A DNA stretch of 64,000 bases from Carpediemonas membranifera BICM (lineage: Eukaryota; Protista; Fornicata), in NCBI GenBank assembly GCA_019828565.1, contig JAHDYR010000011.1, positions 133,072 to 197,071 on the forward strand, in the 5' to 3' direction. Every line of letters begins with the position of its first letter. Position 1 is the stretch's first letter. The position numbers and the translations under genes are program-made. This document shows, in pieces, positions 11,919-23,771 of this stretch. The notes beneath the pieces are model-generated. The model did no database searches. It was not told where the DNA came from and saw only the letters and a program-made list of their open reading frames with translations.

Positions 11919-13316
11919 TCACCAGAGGAGGTCGTCTTCAACCGCGCTGTACCGAGCCGTAGCCCAGGACACGGCGAGCAGATCGCCGCAGCAGACTATT
12001 ACCACAACCGAGTGCCCAACAAGTGTTGATGCCACTGCAAATGCAAGCATGACCGTCAGCAACGGATGCCTCTCATTCCACTGTAGAATCTGGAGCCATA
12101 GCGGTGAGTGCGTTGTATGTAAGTCGACCAAGAAAACGGCGGGAGCCATAGCAGTTGTTGGCCAGCATCCGCAAGCAAATATGTCGCCATCCATGCAAAG
12201 TTCCACCCCGAAAGAGGCCGAGGAGTACGTCGCATTCGGCACGTTGACAATGCCGACCCAGTCCTTGAGATTGGTCACAAGTACGTCATACGAGAGGGAA
12301 CCGACCACCGCGAGCCCGGTCGACCCGATTGCAAGGTCATTCCCCAACAGAGCCCGCTGTAGTCCTGTGGGCGGGGTGACCATCGTCTTGACAGTCCACC
12401 GGCCAGTCGAGTCCAGCCTGTACTGCAGCAGAGGTGAGTCCGATTGGGTAAAAATGACGAGGTCGTCCCCAGCCGCTGCCACCGTTGCCACAAGGTCGGC
12501 GATTGTGTCAGTGTGGATGAAATACCCGTGGTCGTGGTCCCACTGGAACACATTGAGAGCATTAAACTGCGGTAAGTCGTGGTTGTCTTGCTGGACGAAG
12601 AGAGTCGGATGGCCACAGTCGGTGCCCCAGAAAACAACGTTGGCTCCAAACAATCCGTTGGGAATGCTGCCGCGGATCAGCTGAATCGACTCCCACTGGA
12701 TGCTGTCTGAGTTGTATCTATAGATATGGACCTGACCAACCATGTATTGACCGATATAGTTGGCAGGCTCTGCGACCGCCAGATAGTCATCACGAGCAGT
12801 AATTCTGACGCTAGAAATTGTTGGGACAGTAAATACAGGAGACAGCGCATGGCAGTGGGTTGGGACCTCGCCCGCCAGGTCATAAACATGGATCATGATC
12901 TTCGTATAAGAGAGAGACTCCGTCGCAAAGAGGAAATGATCTGTGGCGGCGATGATGAAGCCAAAGTTGCCGTTCTCCATCGGGGAGGGGGAGTAGAGCA
13001 TGTAGGGCTCGGTGGCGACCATGTGGCCGTCAGCGTTCTTCTCGCGGCGATGGCAGTAGATGGTACCGGCCGATGAGACACTTGCCGCGTCGGAAACATA
13101 GGGCTCTTGGTATGAATTGATGAGTACATAGCCATAGGTGAGTTGTATCGATGTGCCGTAGCCGTTGAAGAGCAAGCTGGAAGAGGCGGTGAAGTTCTTT
13201 GGATTAAACTGGATCCACTCGGGATGCAAGCGCGGAATACCATCTATTGTGACGCATATTATTGGTAGAATACATAGTAGTAGACAAATGGGCCATTGAT
13301 GCTGCCAAATCATCAA
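11919..13316 (-). CDS. FG-GAP-like beta-propeller membrane protein (paralog)
   Basis: Signal peptide; YGTSIQL, FGFIIA, LAVAEP..GQVHIY, FGANV, FGVEL repeats; hydrophobic C-terminus. Confidence 0.7.
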   Translation of the reverse strand: MMIWQHQWPICLLLCILPIICVTIDGIPRLHPEWIQFNPKNFTASSSLLFNGYGTSIQLTYGYVLINSYQEPYVSDAASVSSAGTIYCHRREKNADGHMVATEPYMLYSPSPMENGNFGFIIAATDHFLFATESLSYTKIMIHVYDLAGEVPTHCHALSPVFTVPTISSVRITARDDYLAVAEPANYIGQYMVGQVHIYRYNSDSIQWESIQLIRGSIPNGLFGANVVFWGTDCGHPTLFVQQDNHDLPQFNALNVFQWDHDHGYFIHTDTIADLVATVAAAGDDLVIFTQSDSPLLQYRLDSTGRWTVKTMVTPPTGLQRALLGNDLAIGSTGLAVVGSLSYDVLVTNLKDWVGIVNVPNATYSSASFGVELCMDGDIFACGCWPTTAMAPAVFLVDLHTTHSPLWLQILQWNERHPLLTVMLAFAVASTLVGHSVVVIVCCGDLLAVSWATARYSAVEDDLLW

Positions 13317-13416
13317 CGAGGCATCATCGCGCAGTTTATGTCAGGTCACGTGTGGTATGCAACGAGGCATCGTCGGCTCGTATATGTCATCTTCATCTAT
13401 GATCAGCTGCAACAAG

Positions 13417-14829
13417 ATGGAGATATATACGATCAAAGCCTCCATCAAGCAAGCTTTCAGACAGAACTACACCGAAGAACGGAGAGTGGGGGATTACGCC
13501 GCAGCAAAACATCTCTACTCATGCCTGCTGGCCCGGCTCGCGGTTGAATGCTATGCGCAGCGCCGGCAACTCCCCCTACATGACGCCGACTTCCACAAAG
13601 GACTGCTCACTCATCTACGCGGCGGTCATCCGGGTCAGGCCTACGCGGCCATCGTGCAGTCGCTCGACACTCTGCCGATGTGGCGGGAGACTACCACGCG
13701 GGATCTGGTCGCGGTGTTTACTGGGGGTTCATGTGAAGAAGGCTTAGACAGGTCAAGTATTCTTTCCTTACCTTACAGACAAGTATTCTTATCCTGCGCG
13801 GCACATCATGTATTCAAGGGCGAGATCATGGTGCTGGGATAATGATGACTGGTGTGTCAGGGCCCATTTTGCCATTTCTTCCCCTCGTCGTGTCAAGCTG
13901 GAGCGATCAATGCACAGGGATGACACAGAGACTGGCACAACTCGACAGAGTCGGCCCGAGTGCTTTTATCTGCCGTCAACTGTGGAACTTTCTGATTCTA
14001 TCGCTGAATCCCACAAGTATGATGACCAGCAGGCTTTTTCGACCGCTTGGTAACAAGCCACCAATGAGCTTTGGGTTGGAGAGAACAACACATGGAGTTG
14101 GTTCTGGTCGTTCTGAAATGCTGATTCCAGCAACAAGCGCATCGAATTCGGGATTTGTCAACCGTTCAATGGCAGATCCCAGAGATTTCCCCCTTATCAT
14201 GGCCGCTCTGGTAATTATAGACAAACACCGCGTAAGCCACTCGAAAGTAGCGGTTATTAAGCGAATAAGCGATCCATCATTCCGAAGTGAACTTCTTCGA
14301 TGCTGGTTTCACACCCCAGGTTCGTCCGAAGCAGCCTATACCTCACACAGCAGAGTGGATCACCGCGGAGGAGGCCCAGGCGGCCTGTAATGTGCGGTAT
14401 GGCCGGCACTCCGAGAATTCGTTCCGCTACATCTACTTGCCTCAAGTGATCGAGAACCTGCACAAGCTGATCGAGCAGGAGCCGGACGATGAGGAGAAGG
14501 CCATCATGGCCACGCTGCAGAGCATTCGTGAGTCGACGCCGTCCTCTGGGAGTGAACTGCTGCCACGGGTCGTCACACCGAAACCCAAGACGAAGACGAC
14601 GAAGAAATGGGACATGCTCATCCCATCAGTCGACAGGTCACCACGCAGCGCCGCGCTGCCAGTTGTCCGAGAGATCGATGAGGAGGAGAACATCGAGTCG
14701 ACCAGAAACCCAGCGGATCCGGGCCAGGCCAGGCTGCTGGTTCCACCGCAGAAAGCACCGACCAGGGTGGCGATGGAGCCTACCTCGCAGGGCCAGTGCC
14801 TTGCCGGGACATGCGTCCTCTCACTGTAA
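13417..14829 (+). CDS. Hypothetical protein (one frameshift at ~13838, intron 14320-14350)
   Basis: Three consecutive ORFs join through a short G-run indel and a 31-nt GTTCGT...CTCACACAG intron that restores the frame. Confidence 0.55.
14320..14350 (+). other. 31-nt spliceosomal intron
   Basis: GTTCGT...CTCACACAG; removal joins ...HTP to AEWITAEE in frame. Confidence 0.8.
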
Positions 14830-14833
14830 AGCA

Positions 14834-15965
14834 TCACTTCTCACGACCGCGTGGAATTGTGCGAGGTTTCGACGGACGTCGACGAGGCCACGGCTGTGCT
14901 CCCCCGCCGCGACGACTCCCACCGTGAGCGTGCACCCGTCTCTCGACCCCGGTCACAAGGAGGTCCTTTCGCCGCCTGGGCAGACTAGCTTCGAAAGCAG
15001 CAACAGTCTCCGGCAGCTGGATCCTCCTCGGCTTCGCCGCCTCGACTTCTCTGACCCGACCCGACTGAAACCCGAGCTGAGAGATGCCGGAACCCTGATT
15101 GTACTCAAGGCCGAACAGCCCGCCCGAGGTCACAATGACGATGGAGGAACCGTTGTGAGTGTACATGCTGACAACTGGTGGGATGTCAAGTCTGGTGTAC
15201 CGTGGGTGGACCCTGTATCGTGACCACGCGAGCTCGAACAGTCGACCGGCGGTGTCGGTAGTGCTCGTTGAGGAGGCCTGTGCCATTGTACACGTGATAT
15301 ACACCGTCATGCTCTGCTCTAGTGTGAGCGAATAGTGTCTTCTTGCACAAGAACCAGACTGCCTTATCCCTCGCCGACTACAGCTCTGGCACAGGCTTGA
15401 GGTAGGCTGGGGCCTGACTCAGCCCCTTGTCCCAAAGCCTGGTATCTTCCAGGTCTGGGTCGGCCCCAGCTGCCATGAGCACTGCCCAGAGAGTGCCCTG
15501 GAGCAGGGTGTGCAGGGCGGCTGGGAGCTCTTGGCCGTCAGCCAGCTCGACGTTCATGGACAGCGGGGGACCGCTGGCGAGAATAGAGACGGCATGATCG
15601 ATGTGCGCCTGCGCTTCGAGCCCCATGGGCGGGAGGTTGCCGAGCATGGCGAGAAGCTCGTCGGGGCAATCGCTCGGCGCTTCGGGCTCGGGCGTAATCC
15701 TGCCACGCCTCTTCTGCTTGGCTTTGCGGCCTGCGTTCTTGCGCGCTGAAGACGCATTGGTCGCTATCCTCCGCCCAAACTCGGCCTGGAAGGCGGCAGC
15801 GATCAGAGACGGTACATCGCCGGGGATATCTGCTGTATCCAGGCAAGACTGACGATACGCTGCCATAAGCGCGGATTTCAGATGCTGCTGATCCGAACAT
15901 GGCTTCGTACGTGGTTCTGCGGCCATTTCGATCCCATCTTCCCTCAGAGTCACGATCAAGGTCAA
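14834..15965 (-). pseudogene. Disrupted RCC1-repeat family paralog
   Basis: An in-frame TAG at 15378-15380 is followed by DKAVWFLCKK, homologous to DKTIWFLCRK in the neighbour; then a frameshift and a degenerate GLFGLEYN..QLG and VAAFEASLP segment. Confidence 0.7.
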
Positions 15966-17863
15966 GTCATGACTGCCGGCGGGAGAGCCCAGAGCATTCG
16001 AAACATCTCGGGCTCAGCCACACTGCTGTGTTGTCCACGGTCGGCCTCCAGGTCTGCCGCGTGTCGATTGTCGTTAAACTGCTCTTGTTGTTTATGAATG
16101 TCGCAGACCCAAGTTTGAGGGTCGGTCACTTGTCCGTGTAGCAGTGTTGCACAGAGAATACTGCCGGCCATGTCAGACTGACTTTGATGACTCAACACAT
16201 TCCTGGCCCAGCATCACACACGATCATGATGAGGGTGAGTCGAGGTTCACTTGCTAGACTTCAAATCCAGGATGTTTACTCCATTGGGCCATGAATCGGT
16301 ACCATCTCACAAATAGTAGCAGCCGGCCGCTGGCATCTCGTGAACCGCGGCACCTTGTTCCTTACCCGACTGAAACGGAACCATTGCCCATCGTTGTCAG
16401 CAACGCAGTCAGGCTCACTGAAGGCCGAAACCTCAAACGGGATATCGAAGCTGGCATGCCGCGACCAAAAGAAGCTACGACCGTCAGCCACCCACGTAAG
16501 ATACTCAGCGGTCCCTTGTGAAAAACACAAAGCCTTTGGCCAGCTGGGGAATTGAAGCTGGGTCGGCGTTGTCGGATCCTCTCCTTCGAACCCTGGTAAA
16601 AGACCCGATTTCACGAAGGACCGTGGCACCTCGCCAACGATTATTAGCTGGCCATTGCTGAGGAATATGTTGAAACTGCTGTCGTTCATGATGACCCGGT
16701 CGACCCTGTATGGAAGCCGCACGAAGCTCTCGGCAGGGTTGATGTGGCCGAGTCCCAGCTGGCCGAGTCCGTTTGATCCAGCAATCATCTGCCGATCGCC
16801 CATGCTCAGGATAGCGAGGTAATTGACAACAATCATTGAATCTGGGACAAATCCAGCGGGCAGAGCGACTTCCATAAACCCGTCACGGCCATCGTCTGCG
16901 CTGCTATTCCACAGTGACGTCTCGCCCGACACAACAAGCCCTGCCGCTGTACTGATCAGGATATAATCCCTCGCAACACCGGCCGCCAGCACGAGCTTGT
17001 CCTTGCACCACATGGGCAGACTGGCCTCGAACTCAGCGACTCTCGGGCAAGTCTTGAATGTGAATCGAGTGGGCCGAGGTACGAAGCTCTCATGATCTAC
17101 CTGACCCAATTGGTTGGTCAGATTGGCGCCCCAGCCGAAAACGCCCCTTGGTGTGATTGCCAGGAATGTACCGTGGCTCTGGTAGGCCTGGAGGACGCCT
17201 GGCAGAGGGATGTGGTGGTACTTTGTGCGTCGGTCACTGACGAGCAAGCGGCCGGCATACCAACGACTTAGGCATTCGGCGGAAGAATACCTGGCGCCGT
17301 GACTCTCAGCTACTTGATGGGCGAAATAGAACTTCCTGCAGAGGAACCAGATAGTCTTGTCGACGGGGAGGTAGACGGTCTCAGAGAGATCGTCTGCCTC
17401 CTTATCTTCATCGAATAGATCTGGGTCGGCCCCAGCTGCCATGAGCACTGCCCAGAGAGTGCCCTGGAGCAGGGTGTGCAGGGCGGCTGGGAGCTCTTGG
17501 CCGTCAGCCAGCTCGACGTTCATGGACAGCGGGGGACCGCTGGCGAGAATAGAGACGGCATGATCGATGTGCGCCTGCGCTTCGAGCCCCATGGGCGGGA
17601 GGTTGCCGAGCATGGCGAGAAGCTCGTCGGGGCAATCGCTCGGCGCTTCGGGCTCGGGCGTAATCCTGCCACGCCTCTTCTGCTTGGCTTTGCGGCCTGC
17701 GTTCTTGCGCGCTGAAGACGCATTGGTCGCTATCCTCCGCCCAAACTCGGCCTGGAAGGCGGCAGCGATCAGAGACGGTACATCGCCGGGGATATCTGCT
17801 GTATCCAGGCAAGACTGACGATACGCTGCCATAAGCGCGGATTTCAGATGCTGCTGATCCGAA
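15454..17863. repeat. 444-bp direct duplication (15454-15897 = 17420-17863)
   Basis: Identical by eye at offset 1966; encodes the same SDQQHLKSALMAAY...AAGADPD segment in both genes. Confidence 0.95.
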
Positions 17864-17970
17864 AACGACTGTAGATCATCCATTCGCTGCACTTTGCTTT
17901 GAGCAGCCGTTGCAACTCGAAGTCGACTCTGCCTCGACAGTGATGGTATCAAGGTTCTCTGCCTCGACAT
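16276..17970 (-). CDS. RCC1/BLIP-II repeat family protein
   Basis: VFGWGANLTNQLG and IAGSNGLGQLGLG RCC1-type repeats. Confidence 0.8.
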   Translation of the reverse strand: MSRQRTLIPSLSRQSRLRVATAAQSKVQRMDDLQSFSDQQHLKSALMAAYRQSCLDTADIPGDVPSLIAAAFQAEFGRRIATNASSARKNAGRKAKQKRRGRITPEPEAPSDCPDELLAMLGNLPPMGLEAQAHIDHAVSILASGPPLSMNVELADGQELPAALHTLLQGTLWAVLMAAGADPDLFDEDKEADDLSETVYLPVDKTIWFLCRKFYFAHQVAESHGARYSSAECLSRWYAGRLLVSDRRTKYHHIPLPGVLQAYQSHGTFLAITPRGVFGWGANLTNQLGQVDHESFVPRPTRFTFKTCPRVAEFEASLPMWCKDKLVLAAGVARDYILISTAAGLVVSGETSLWNSSADDGRDGFMEVALPAGFVPDSMIVVNYLAILSMGDRQMIAGSNGLGQLGLGHINPAESFVRLPYRVDRVIMNDSSFNIFLSNGQLIIVGEVPRSFVKSGLLPGFEGEDPTTPTQLQFPSWPKALCFSQGTAEYLTWVADGRSFFWSRHASFDIPFEVSAFSEPDCVADNDGQWFRFSRVRNKVPRFTRCQRPAATICEMVPIHGPME

Positions 17971-18214
17971 GGTTCACAACACGACTCGGCCAGCAGTACA
18001 CAGTGTTCAGTGGGGAATACACCACCGTTTCACCTGCCATCACGGCCGAGTCGATGCGAAGTCAGCCACGCCTGTTGTCCCAAGGCTTGGTGACTATGGG
18101 GCACAGCTGACAGTGGCACATGTTATGACCACTGCGGTCCACAAGAACAAGTGCCAATCTCTTTATATCGATCAAATCTAATAACAAACGAGGGACCACA
18201 GTACTAGTCAAGTC

Positions 18215-20221
18215 CTAGTCAGCGATGAGGCCGTTCGTCATGGCGAGCTGGGCCAATCGCCGCACAAGCAGCTCCACTGCCGAGTTGTCTGACGTGGTAC
18301 GCCCAAGCGCCCCCACAAACATCGCGAACACCTCACACAAGTCGTACTTCCCGTCCTGAGCGGCAGCGATACTCTGATAATACTCAACCGATCCGATACG
18401 CCGGCCATCATCGTGCTCGGCTTCACTAGTGTGCTGCCGCATCCCCCGCCGGACAACACTGGAGAGCATGGCGGGGTTGACAGTGAGGTTGTATAGGTCG
18501 GCCATGGGGGTCTGGGCCTGCTGGCTGGTACTAGACGACCGAGCTAGCTTGAAAGTTCGCTTCGTCTTCACCTCTTGGCGCTCGACAGCTTTGTTGCACT
18601 CCTCACGGTCGACCAGGAACAATCTATGGTAGAGCATGACACTTCCGCAATGATGTGTGGTCAACGTGCATCCGTAAGTCAGGCCGCGGGTGCCGATATC
18701 AAAAACTTGCCACAGATTCTTCCGGATAGCGTCGACGATCAGTTTGTCACTGGGTCGACGGTCTTGGGTCACAATCGTGGGAACCAGCGGCATGATCTGG
18801 ATCACACCGTCTTCACCGGTGCCGTGGAGCGATGATGTAAAATCTGGAGCAATTACATGGCCGGTGCTACGGTTAACGTAAACAAAGTGAATCAGGCCAG
18901 GGAGCTTGGCGAGGAGCTCCTTGAAGCGTTCTCGGGCGGTCAGGAGGTGGTTGTTGCAGATATCAACAGAGGGTGACATCTCCTTACATATCGCCCGGCT
19001 GATATCGTGCATCTCCTTGGCGAACTCGTTGATCATGACGTCGTCGAGCGAAGTCTTCAAATCGAAGTCAGCCAGCCACGCCACGGTGATAGGAGCAATG
19101 GTCGGGCCAGCAGGAATGCTGTAGACGAACAGGAGCCTGCTATCAGTGCCGTCGTTAATCCATACAATGTGCTTGAATGTCGCTGGCCTCCTATCCCTTT
19201 CAGGATCACCCTCGGGTCCTCCCCTGCTGATGCCGGCGAACGCACCGAGCGCCAGGACGTCCTTGATGCACAGTGGAACGCCAACTTCGGCTAGAACATC
19301 TGATCCGATGAACGCGATGCCTGACTCGACGGTAAACTGCACGGCCTGACCCTGTTTTGTCTTCGTGGCGCCAGTCTTTAGGCCCTTGGCCATCGCATGG
19401 TCCAGAGCCTGCTGGAACTGGTCACGATGCTTCGGTTGGACCATATCTTGGACGTATCTCACAGATTGAGTCCGATATGCCTCAGATTCGAGGACACGGT
19501 TAGTCAGCTCAGCAATGACCGGAATCATGTCATACATCAAGTCGGGGAATGCCAGCTTCATCAGGTAGGGCCCTAGTGGGCTAGAAGGGTGGGTCTCACC
19601 CCAAGCTTTGACAATGTGGGAGGGAAGCAGCAGGAGCTGCCACAGATGGAGGTTCAGCTCTGCAAGAACCGAGGCAGTCTCTGCGCTGGCTACTGTGCGG
19701 GGGATCTGGACTGTTATGGATGTGAAATAACCCCATGAAGAGTCGTCCTTGGACAAGAGCTCGGCTCCGATGTCAGACTGAGGGGACGGTGACTGGATAA
19801 GAGCGGATGGGGCGACAAACGATGGACACGGCATGGTAGTTCTTCTTGGTCGTCACTACGTTGATGTCCGTCTTCACGGGCGCTCTCACCTGGCTGTGGA
19901 GAATCACACCGAGCTTGCGGCCAGAGCCTGTCGCTTGGACATCAAGAAGCTGTTGGTTGGCAAGGCCAATGCGGGGAACTATCACCTTCCCGGTTTTAGT
20001 GTTCTGAGACACAAGAATGACGTCGTATTTGTCGCTTGTGTTCATTCTAAAGAAGTTGTTGCCTTTCTGGCTAGATAAGAACACATAGCCATTAATAACA
20101 ATTCCAGGAGGCAGTTGAACGCGCTGGGGCACGACTGCATCCAAATTGCGCTGGATCTCCTCGGGTAACATTTTGCCAGATCTGCGTACTGTGCATTTTT
20201 AGGCAGTTTCAATTTCGACAT
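18215..20221 (-). CDS. HPS1: HPS1/Mon1-like longin protein (BLOC-3 type), apparent frameshifts at ~20172 and ~19840
   Basis: PGLIHFVYVNRSTGHVIAP resembles the HPS1 motif PGLVHFIYVDRTTGQMVAP; C-terminal E-x-F-A-M-F-x-G. Confidence 0.55.
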
Positions 20222-20310
20222 TATTGGGCTGGTGGAAGTAGCAGTCAAGTGCTTAACACTGCCCAAATCCCTCACTTCCAGACCTCTCGAATGAAATTTA
20301 CACACCGATA

Positions 20311-22542
20311 TTAGTATCCGAGGATGAAGCAGATGGGGACGCCGATGAGGAAGATGACGACGTACGCCAGCGGTCCTGTCACCGAGCCGGCAAAGAGAAG
20401 GTTCTTTGGCTTGAGGAATGGCTTATCCTTCTCCGCGTCCTCGACGCTGAGCGTAGAAATATTGGGGAAAGACGAAACAGGAAGCATCATGGCGCTCGAG
20501 TCAATCAGACCGCAGAGCAACACTGCCATGGCAGGGTGGTAGGACTTGTTGAGCTCATATACGAAGGGCAGGATGATAAGAGCCGCAACCGTATGAGAAA
20601 CAAGGTTGCCGACCACGAGCATGAGGGCGCCGCATAGGAAAATAACAACAATGCCGGGAAGGTCGTTGAGGACGGGCTCGATGGGGTCAATGAGGATGGA
20701 GAGAAGGTCCGTCTTCTTGATAGCAGCTCCGAGCACAGAGCCGCCAGCGAGCAGGGCGACCACGTCCCAGGGCAGGTTGATGAAATCTTGCTTGCTGACG
20801 AGACCGAGGCCGAAGAGGATGAATATGGGCACGAGAGAGACTAGGCCGACCTTGCCGATGTACTGGGCAGTGAATGGGGCGCTTACCCATAATAATACGG
20901 CGATAAGGAAAGTGATAACAGTGCCAGCAGCGCCAATGATGGAGGTCTTTGCCTTCGGACCGCCGTCTTCGACGTCGATAGCCTTGGGCATAGTCTTGAT
21001 GTCGGGCCTGAACCAAATAAGAACGTAAGCATAAGCTGCGATGGTCAGGATTACACAGATGGGGAAAGAGACGATCATGAAGCCTGGGAACGAGAGGGAA
21101 GTGCTGCTGGCAGTCTCAAGAGCCACAGCAGACTGGGGCGAGGCGATAGGAGAGCCCATGCCGCCGATGTTAGCGCTGAGACAGATTGCCATGAGAATAG
21201 CCTTGCCAAACTTCGACTTATCTGGGAGCGAGCGGATTGTCGGGAGGACGAGGGAGATCACGAGCATAGGAGCCGCTACGTTGCTGAGCCAGGTGGACAG
21301 GAAGAGCGTGAGTGTCATGAGGACAGCGAGGTAGAGCCATGGTTTTCCCAGGGAGCAGGCAGTAAGGGCGCGAGAGATGGGCTCGTCCACGTGGTGGCGG
21401 CGGAGGGATGCGTTGAGGGCGAAGCCGATGATGACGAGGATGGTGTTGTCGCTGACCATGTCCTGGTAAACCACCTTGGAAGCAGCCTCGGCGTCACCCC
21501 CGAATATGCCGAGGAAGACGGCCATCATAATGAGAAGGATGGCAGTGGCGTACAAAGGAATGGCGCTTGTCGCCCAGAGGATGAGGGAGAGCACGAGTAG
21601 GGCCAGGGCACGCTGGGCGTCCTGCTGGTCGTCGTCGAAAGGGAGGGGGAGGAAGGGAATGACGATTGAGATAATCAGCGCGAGTGGCAGGATAACCATG
21701 CCCTTCTTGGTCAGGCCGATCTTCTCGGCGGGCATCACGGCGCGGGCCCTGTCAAGATATGCCTTGAGGCCGGCGTCAAAGGGGTTGTGACGGTATGCTT
21801 GGTGTTTGGCGACTTCTTCAAGGAAGAAGGCCTTGATGCTCTCGACCTCCTCCTCGTTCTCAGAGAAGACATGGGCGTAGAGGTTGGCCGTCTCGTCCAG
21901 GATGGTCTTGCCCTCCTCCTTAAGAACGAACGGTTCGTTCAAAATGACGGCCTCGTAAATGCTCTCGAGGGCAGAAGGCATCTCAACCTGGTACTTCTCC
22001 CGTGCCGTCTTGACGACGTTCTTGTCGAACTTCTTGCAAATCTTGCGGAAGCCTTCGCGGTTGAGCTCGCTAAACTCAATGTGAAGGTCGATAGAGCATG
22101 CAAACTTGAACAGCGTGGTGCGGAAGAGTGTCTGCTCGACCTCCACGAGCTTCTCGTTGTTCATCTCCTTGGCCTGGGCCTGGTATTGCTCAAGTGTGTC
22201 GCGGAGTCGTTTGCAAAGAACCTCATATTGCTCGGAAACCTTGGCGCGCTCATCCTCGACGTTGTTCGCGAATGTCTCGTAGATTCCCTGCGCAATGACC
22301 TCCTTGGGCGGCGTCGTCGTGCTCACCATGGGGATGGAGGAGTCGCCGACCGGGTTCACAGGCGTGAAGATGCGTTCATCCGTGCTGGTGGAGACCTCAT
22401 CGTCTTTCACTTCGACGTACTGACTCAGGGCACCGTCGAGAGCCTTTTGGGACCGGCTGATTGACTTCTTGAGGATTCGGTAGTCCACGTACTGGAAATA
22501 CTTCTCGCCAGCAGCTTCTCTTAAAGACTTGGAAAACTTCAT
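20311..22542 (-). CDS. SPX-domain SLC13/DASS phosphate transporter (Pho87/90/91-like)
   Basis: MKFSKSL..YVDYRILKK and LNREGFRKICKKFDK (SPX); many TMs; SNVAA, ANIGGMGSPIASPQ, LPVSSFPN. Confidence 0.93.
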   Translation of the reverse strand: MKFSKSLREAAGEKYFQYVDYRILKKSISRSQKALDGALSQYVEVKDDEVSTSTDERIFTPVNPVGDSSIPMVSTTTPPKEVIAQGIYETFANNVEDERAKVSEQYEVLCKRLRDTLEQYQAQAKEMNNEKLVEVEQTLFRTTLFKFACSIDLHIEFSELNREGFRKICKKFDKNVVKTAREKYQVEMPSALESIYEAVILNEPFVLKEEGKTILDETANLYAHVFSENEEEVESIKAFFLEEVAKHQAYRHNPFDAGLKAYLDRARAVMPAEKIGLTKKGMVILPLALIISIVIPFLPLPFDDDQQDAQRALALLVLSLILWATSAIPLYATAILLIMMAVFLGIFGGDAEAASKVVYQDMVSDNTILVIIGFALNASLRRHHVDEPISRALTACSLGKPWLYLAVLMTLTLFLSTWLSNVAAPMLVISLVLPTIRSLPDKSKFGKAILMAICLSANIGGMGSPIASPQSAVALETASSTSLSFPGFMIVSFPICVILTIAAYAYVLIWFRPDIKTMPKAIDVEDGGPKAKTSIIGAAGTVITFLIAVLLWVSAPFTAQYIGKVGLVSLVPIFILFGLGLVSKQDFINLPWDVVALLAGGSVLGAAIKKTDLLSILIDPIEPVLNDLPGIVVIFLCGALMLVVGNLVSHTVAALIILPFVYELNKSYHPAMAVLLCGLIDSSAMMLPVSSFPNISTLSVEDAEKDKPFLKPKNLLFAGSVTGPLAYVVIFLIGVPICFILGY

Positions 22543-23168
22543 GGTGGATAAATCGTCACTGGACCTTGTTAAGCGATTGCATGGGGAAACGAACGTCTCT
22601 CAAGAGCGGTGCAAACTCGTCGACTTGGTCATGAACTTTCAAAGCAAAGCGAGATCTTCAGACAATCGCGAAAGGAACCAGCCTGAACAATGGAGAAGAC
22701 CGGATATGGGGGTAATATGTGCAGCTTGGAATGCGAAGGGCGACTGGAACTGTAAGTGGGTCTTCCGTGAATGCAGCAGAAAATGGTTCACGAATCAATC
22801 ATGAAAGAAGCAATATCGTGCGTTCACAGTGTAGACCTGAGCTAGATCTCAGACAACGGCCGACCCCGGGCTGACCGCCATGTGTGTCTTTTCAAAACTG
22901 CTTCTCGTGTCTTTTCAGCCCACTCAAGCCTCGCCCAGCGTGAACATCCGATGCACATTTCTTTCTTGCACTCACGTGGCCATCAATTGTTGCCCACCCT
23001 CGTCACGATAATTTCATCCGTGCTCGTTCACCCAGCCAAGTGTTCCAGCTGCCAGTCGAGATCCAAAACACGGAAGAATATCAGTCACATCGACGGCATG
23101 CGATCTGACGCGAGATCGACTCGGCGATCTCAGGCGGGACAAATCACCTGCACTCTTCACTTTTGCAG

Positions 23169-23717
23169 ATGGAGGTTGTCGAAGAGAAAGTGGACACTAA
23201 TACGGCCAAACAACTCAAAGACGAAGGAAATGACCATTTTAAGCGGCAAGACTATGTTTCCGCGGTTAGTTGCTACACGGAGGCCCTAGAACATGCAGAG
23301 GACGATGAAATGAGAGTGATACTGCACAGCAACTGCTCTCTTGCCCATCTTAAGCAGGAGGACTACGAATTAGCAATCAAGTCGGCGGGGGAAGCGCTAA
23401 AGATCGATAAGACACACTGCAAGTCCCGCTTGCGCCGTGCCACCGCATATGAGGCGAAAGGGAACCTCTTTCTCGCGCTTGAGGACTATAAGGCAGTAGC
23501 AGAGGTCGCGCTAGACGCCCATCCATGGCTGACTCGGAAGATTCGGGAAATTGAGCCAGAGGCCGAGCGCCAGAAGCAGACGGAGATGAAAGAAGCCCTG
23601 GGTCAATTGAGAGGCCTCGGAGACAGCCTCCTCAAGCCATTCGGCCTTAGTACTAACAACTTCGCAGTGAAGAAAGACGAAGGAACGGGCCAGTTCTCTA
23701 TCAGCATGAAGAAATGA
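23169..23717 (+). CDS. TTC1: Tetratricopeptide repeat protein 1
   Basis: Three TPRs plus the TTC1-type tail LRGLGDSLLKPFGLSTNNF...TGQFSI. Confidence 0.85.
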   Translation: MEVVEEKVDTNTAKQLKDEGNDHFKRQDYVSAVSCYTEALEHAEDDEMRVILHSNCSLAHLKQEDYELAIKSAGEALKIDKTHCKSRLRRATAYEAKGNLFLALEDYKAVAEVALDAHPWLTRKIREIEPEAERQKQTEMKEALGQLRGLGDSLLKPFGLSTNNFAVKKDEGTGQFSISMKK

Positions 23718-23771
23718 TGACCCACGACAGCGCCTCCCCCGTCATTCAATAAAGCACCTTAGCCGATATGT

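Noticed and set aside
13752-13778. 27-nt intron ending CTTACCTTACAG
   Set aside because: Donor GTCAAG does not fit the local consensus and the frame is open without splicing
15378-15380. TAR=Gln reassignment, as in hexamitid diplomonads, suggested by an in-frame TAG
   Set aside because: Conserved genes end in TAA/TAG (tubulin, nfnAB, kinase) and lack internal TAR codons; this is a nonsense mutation
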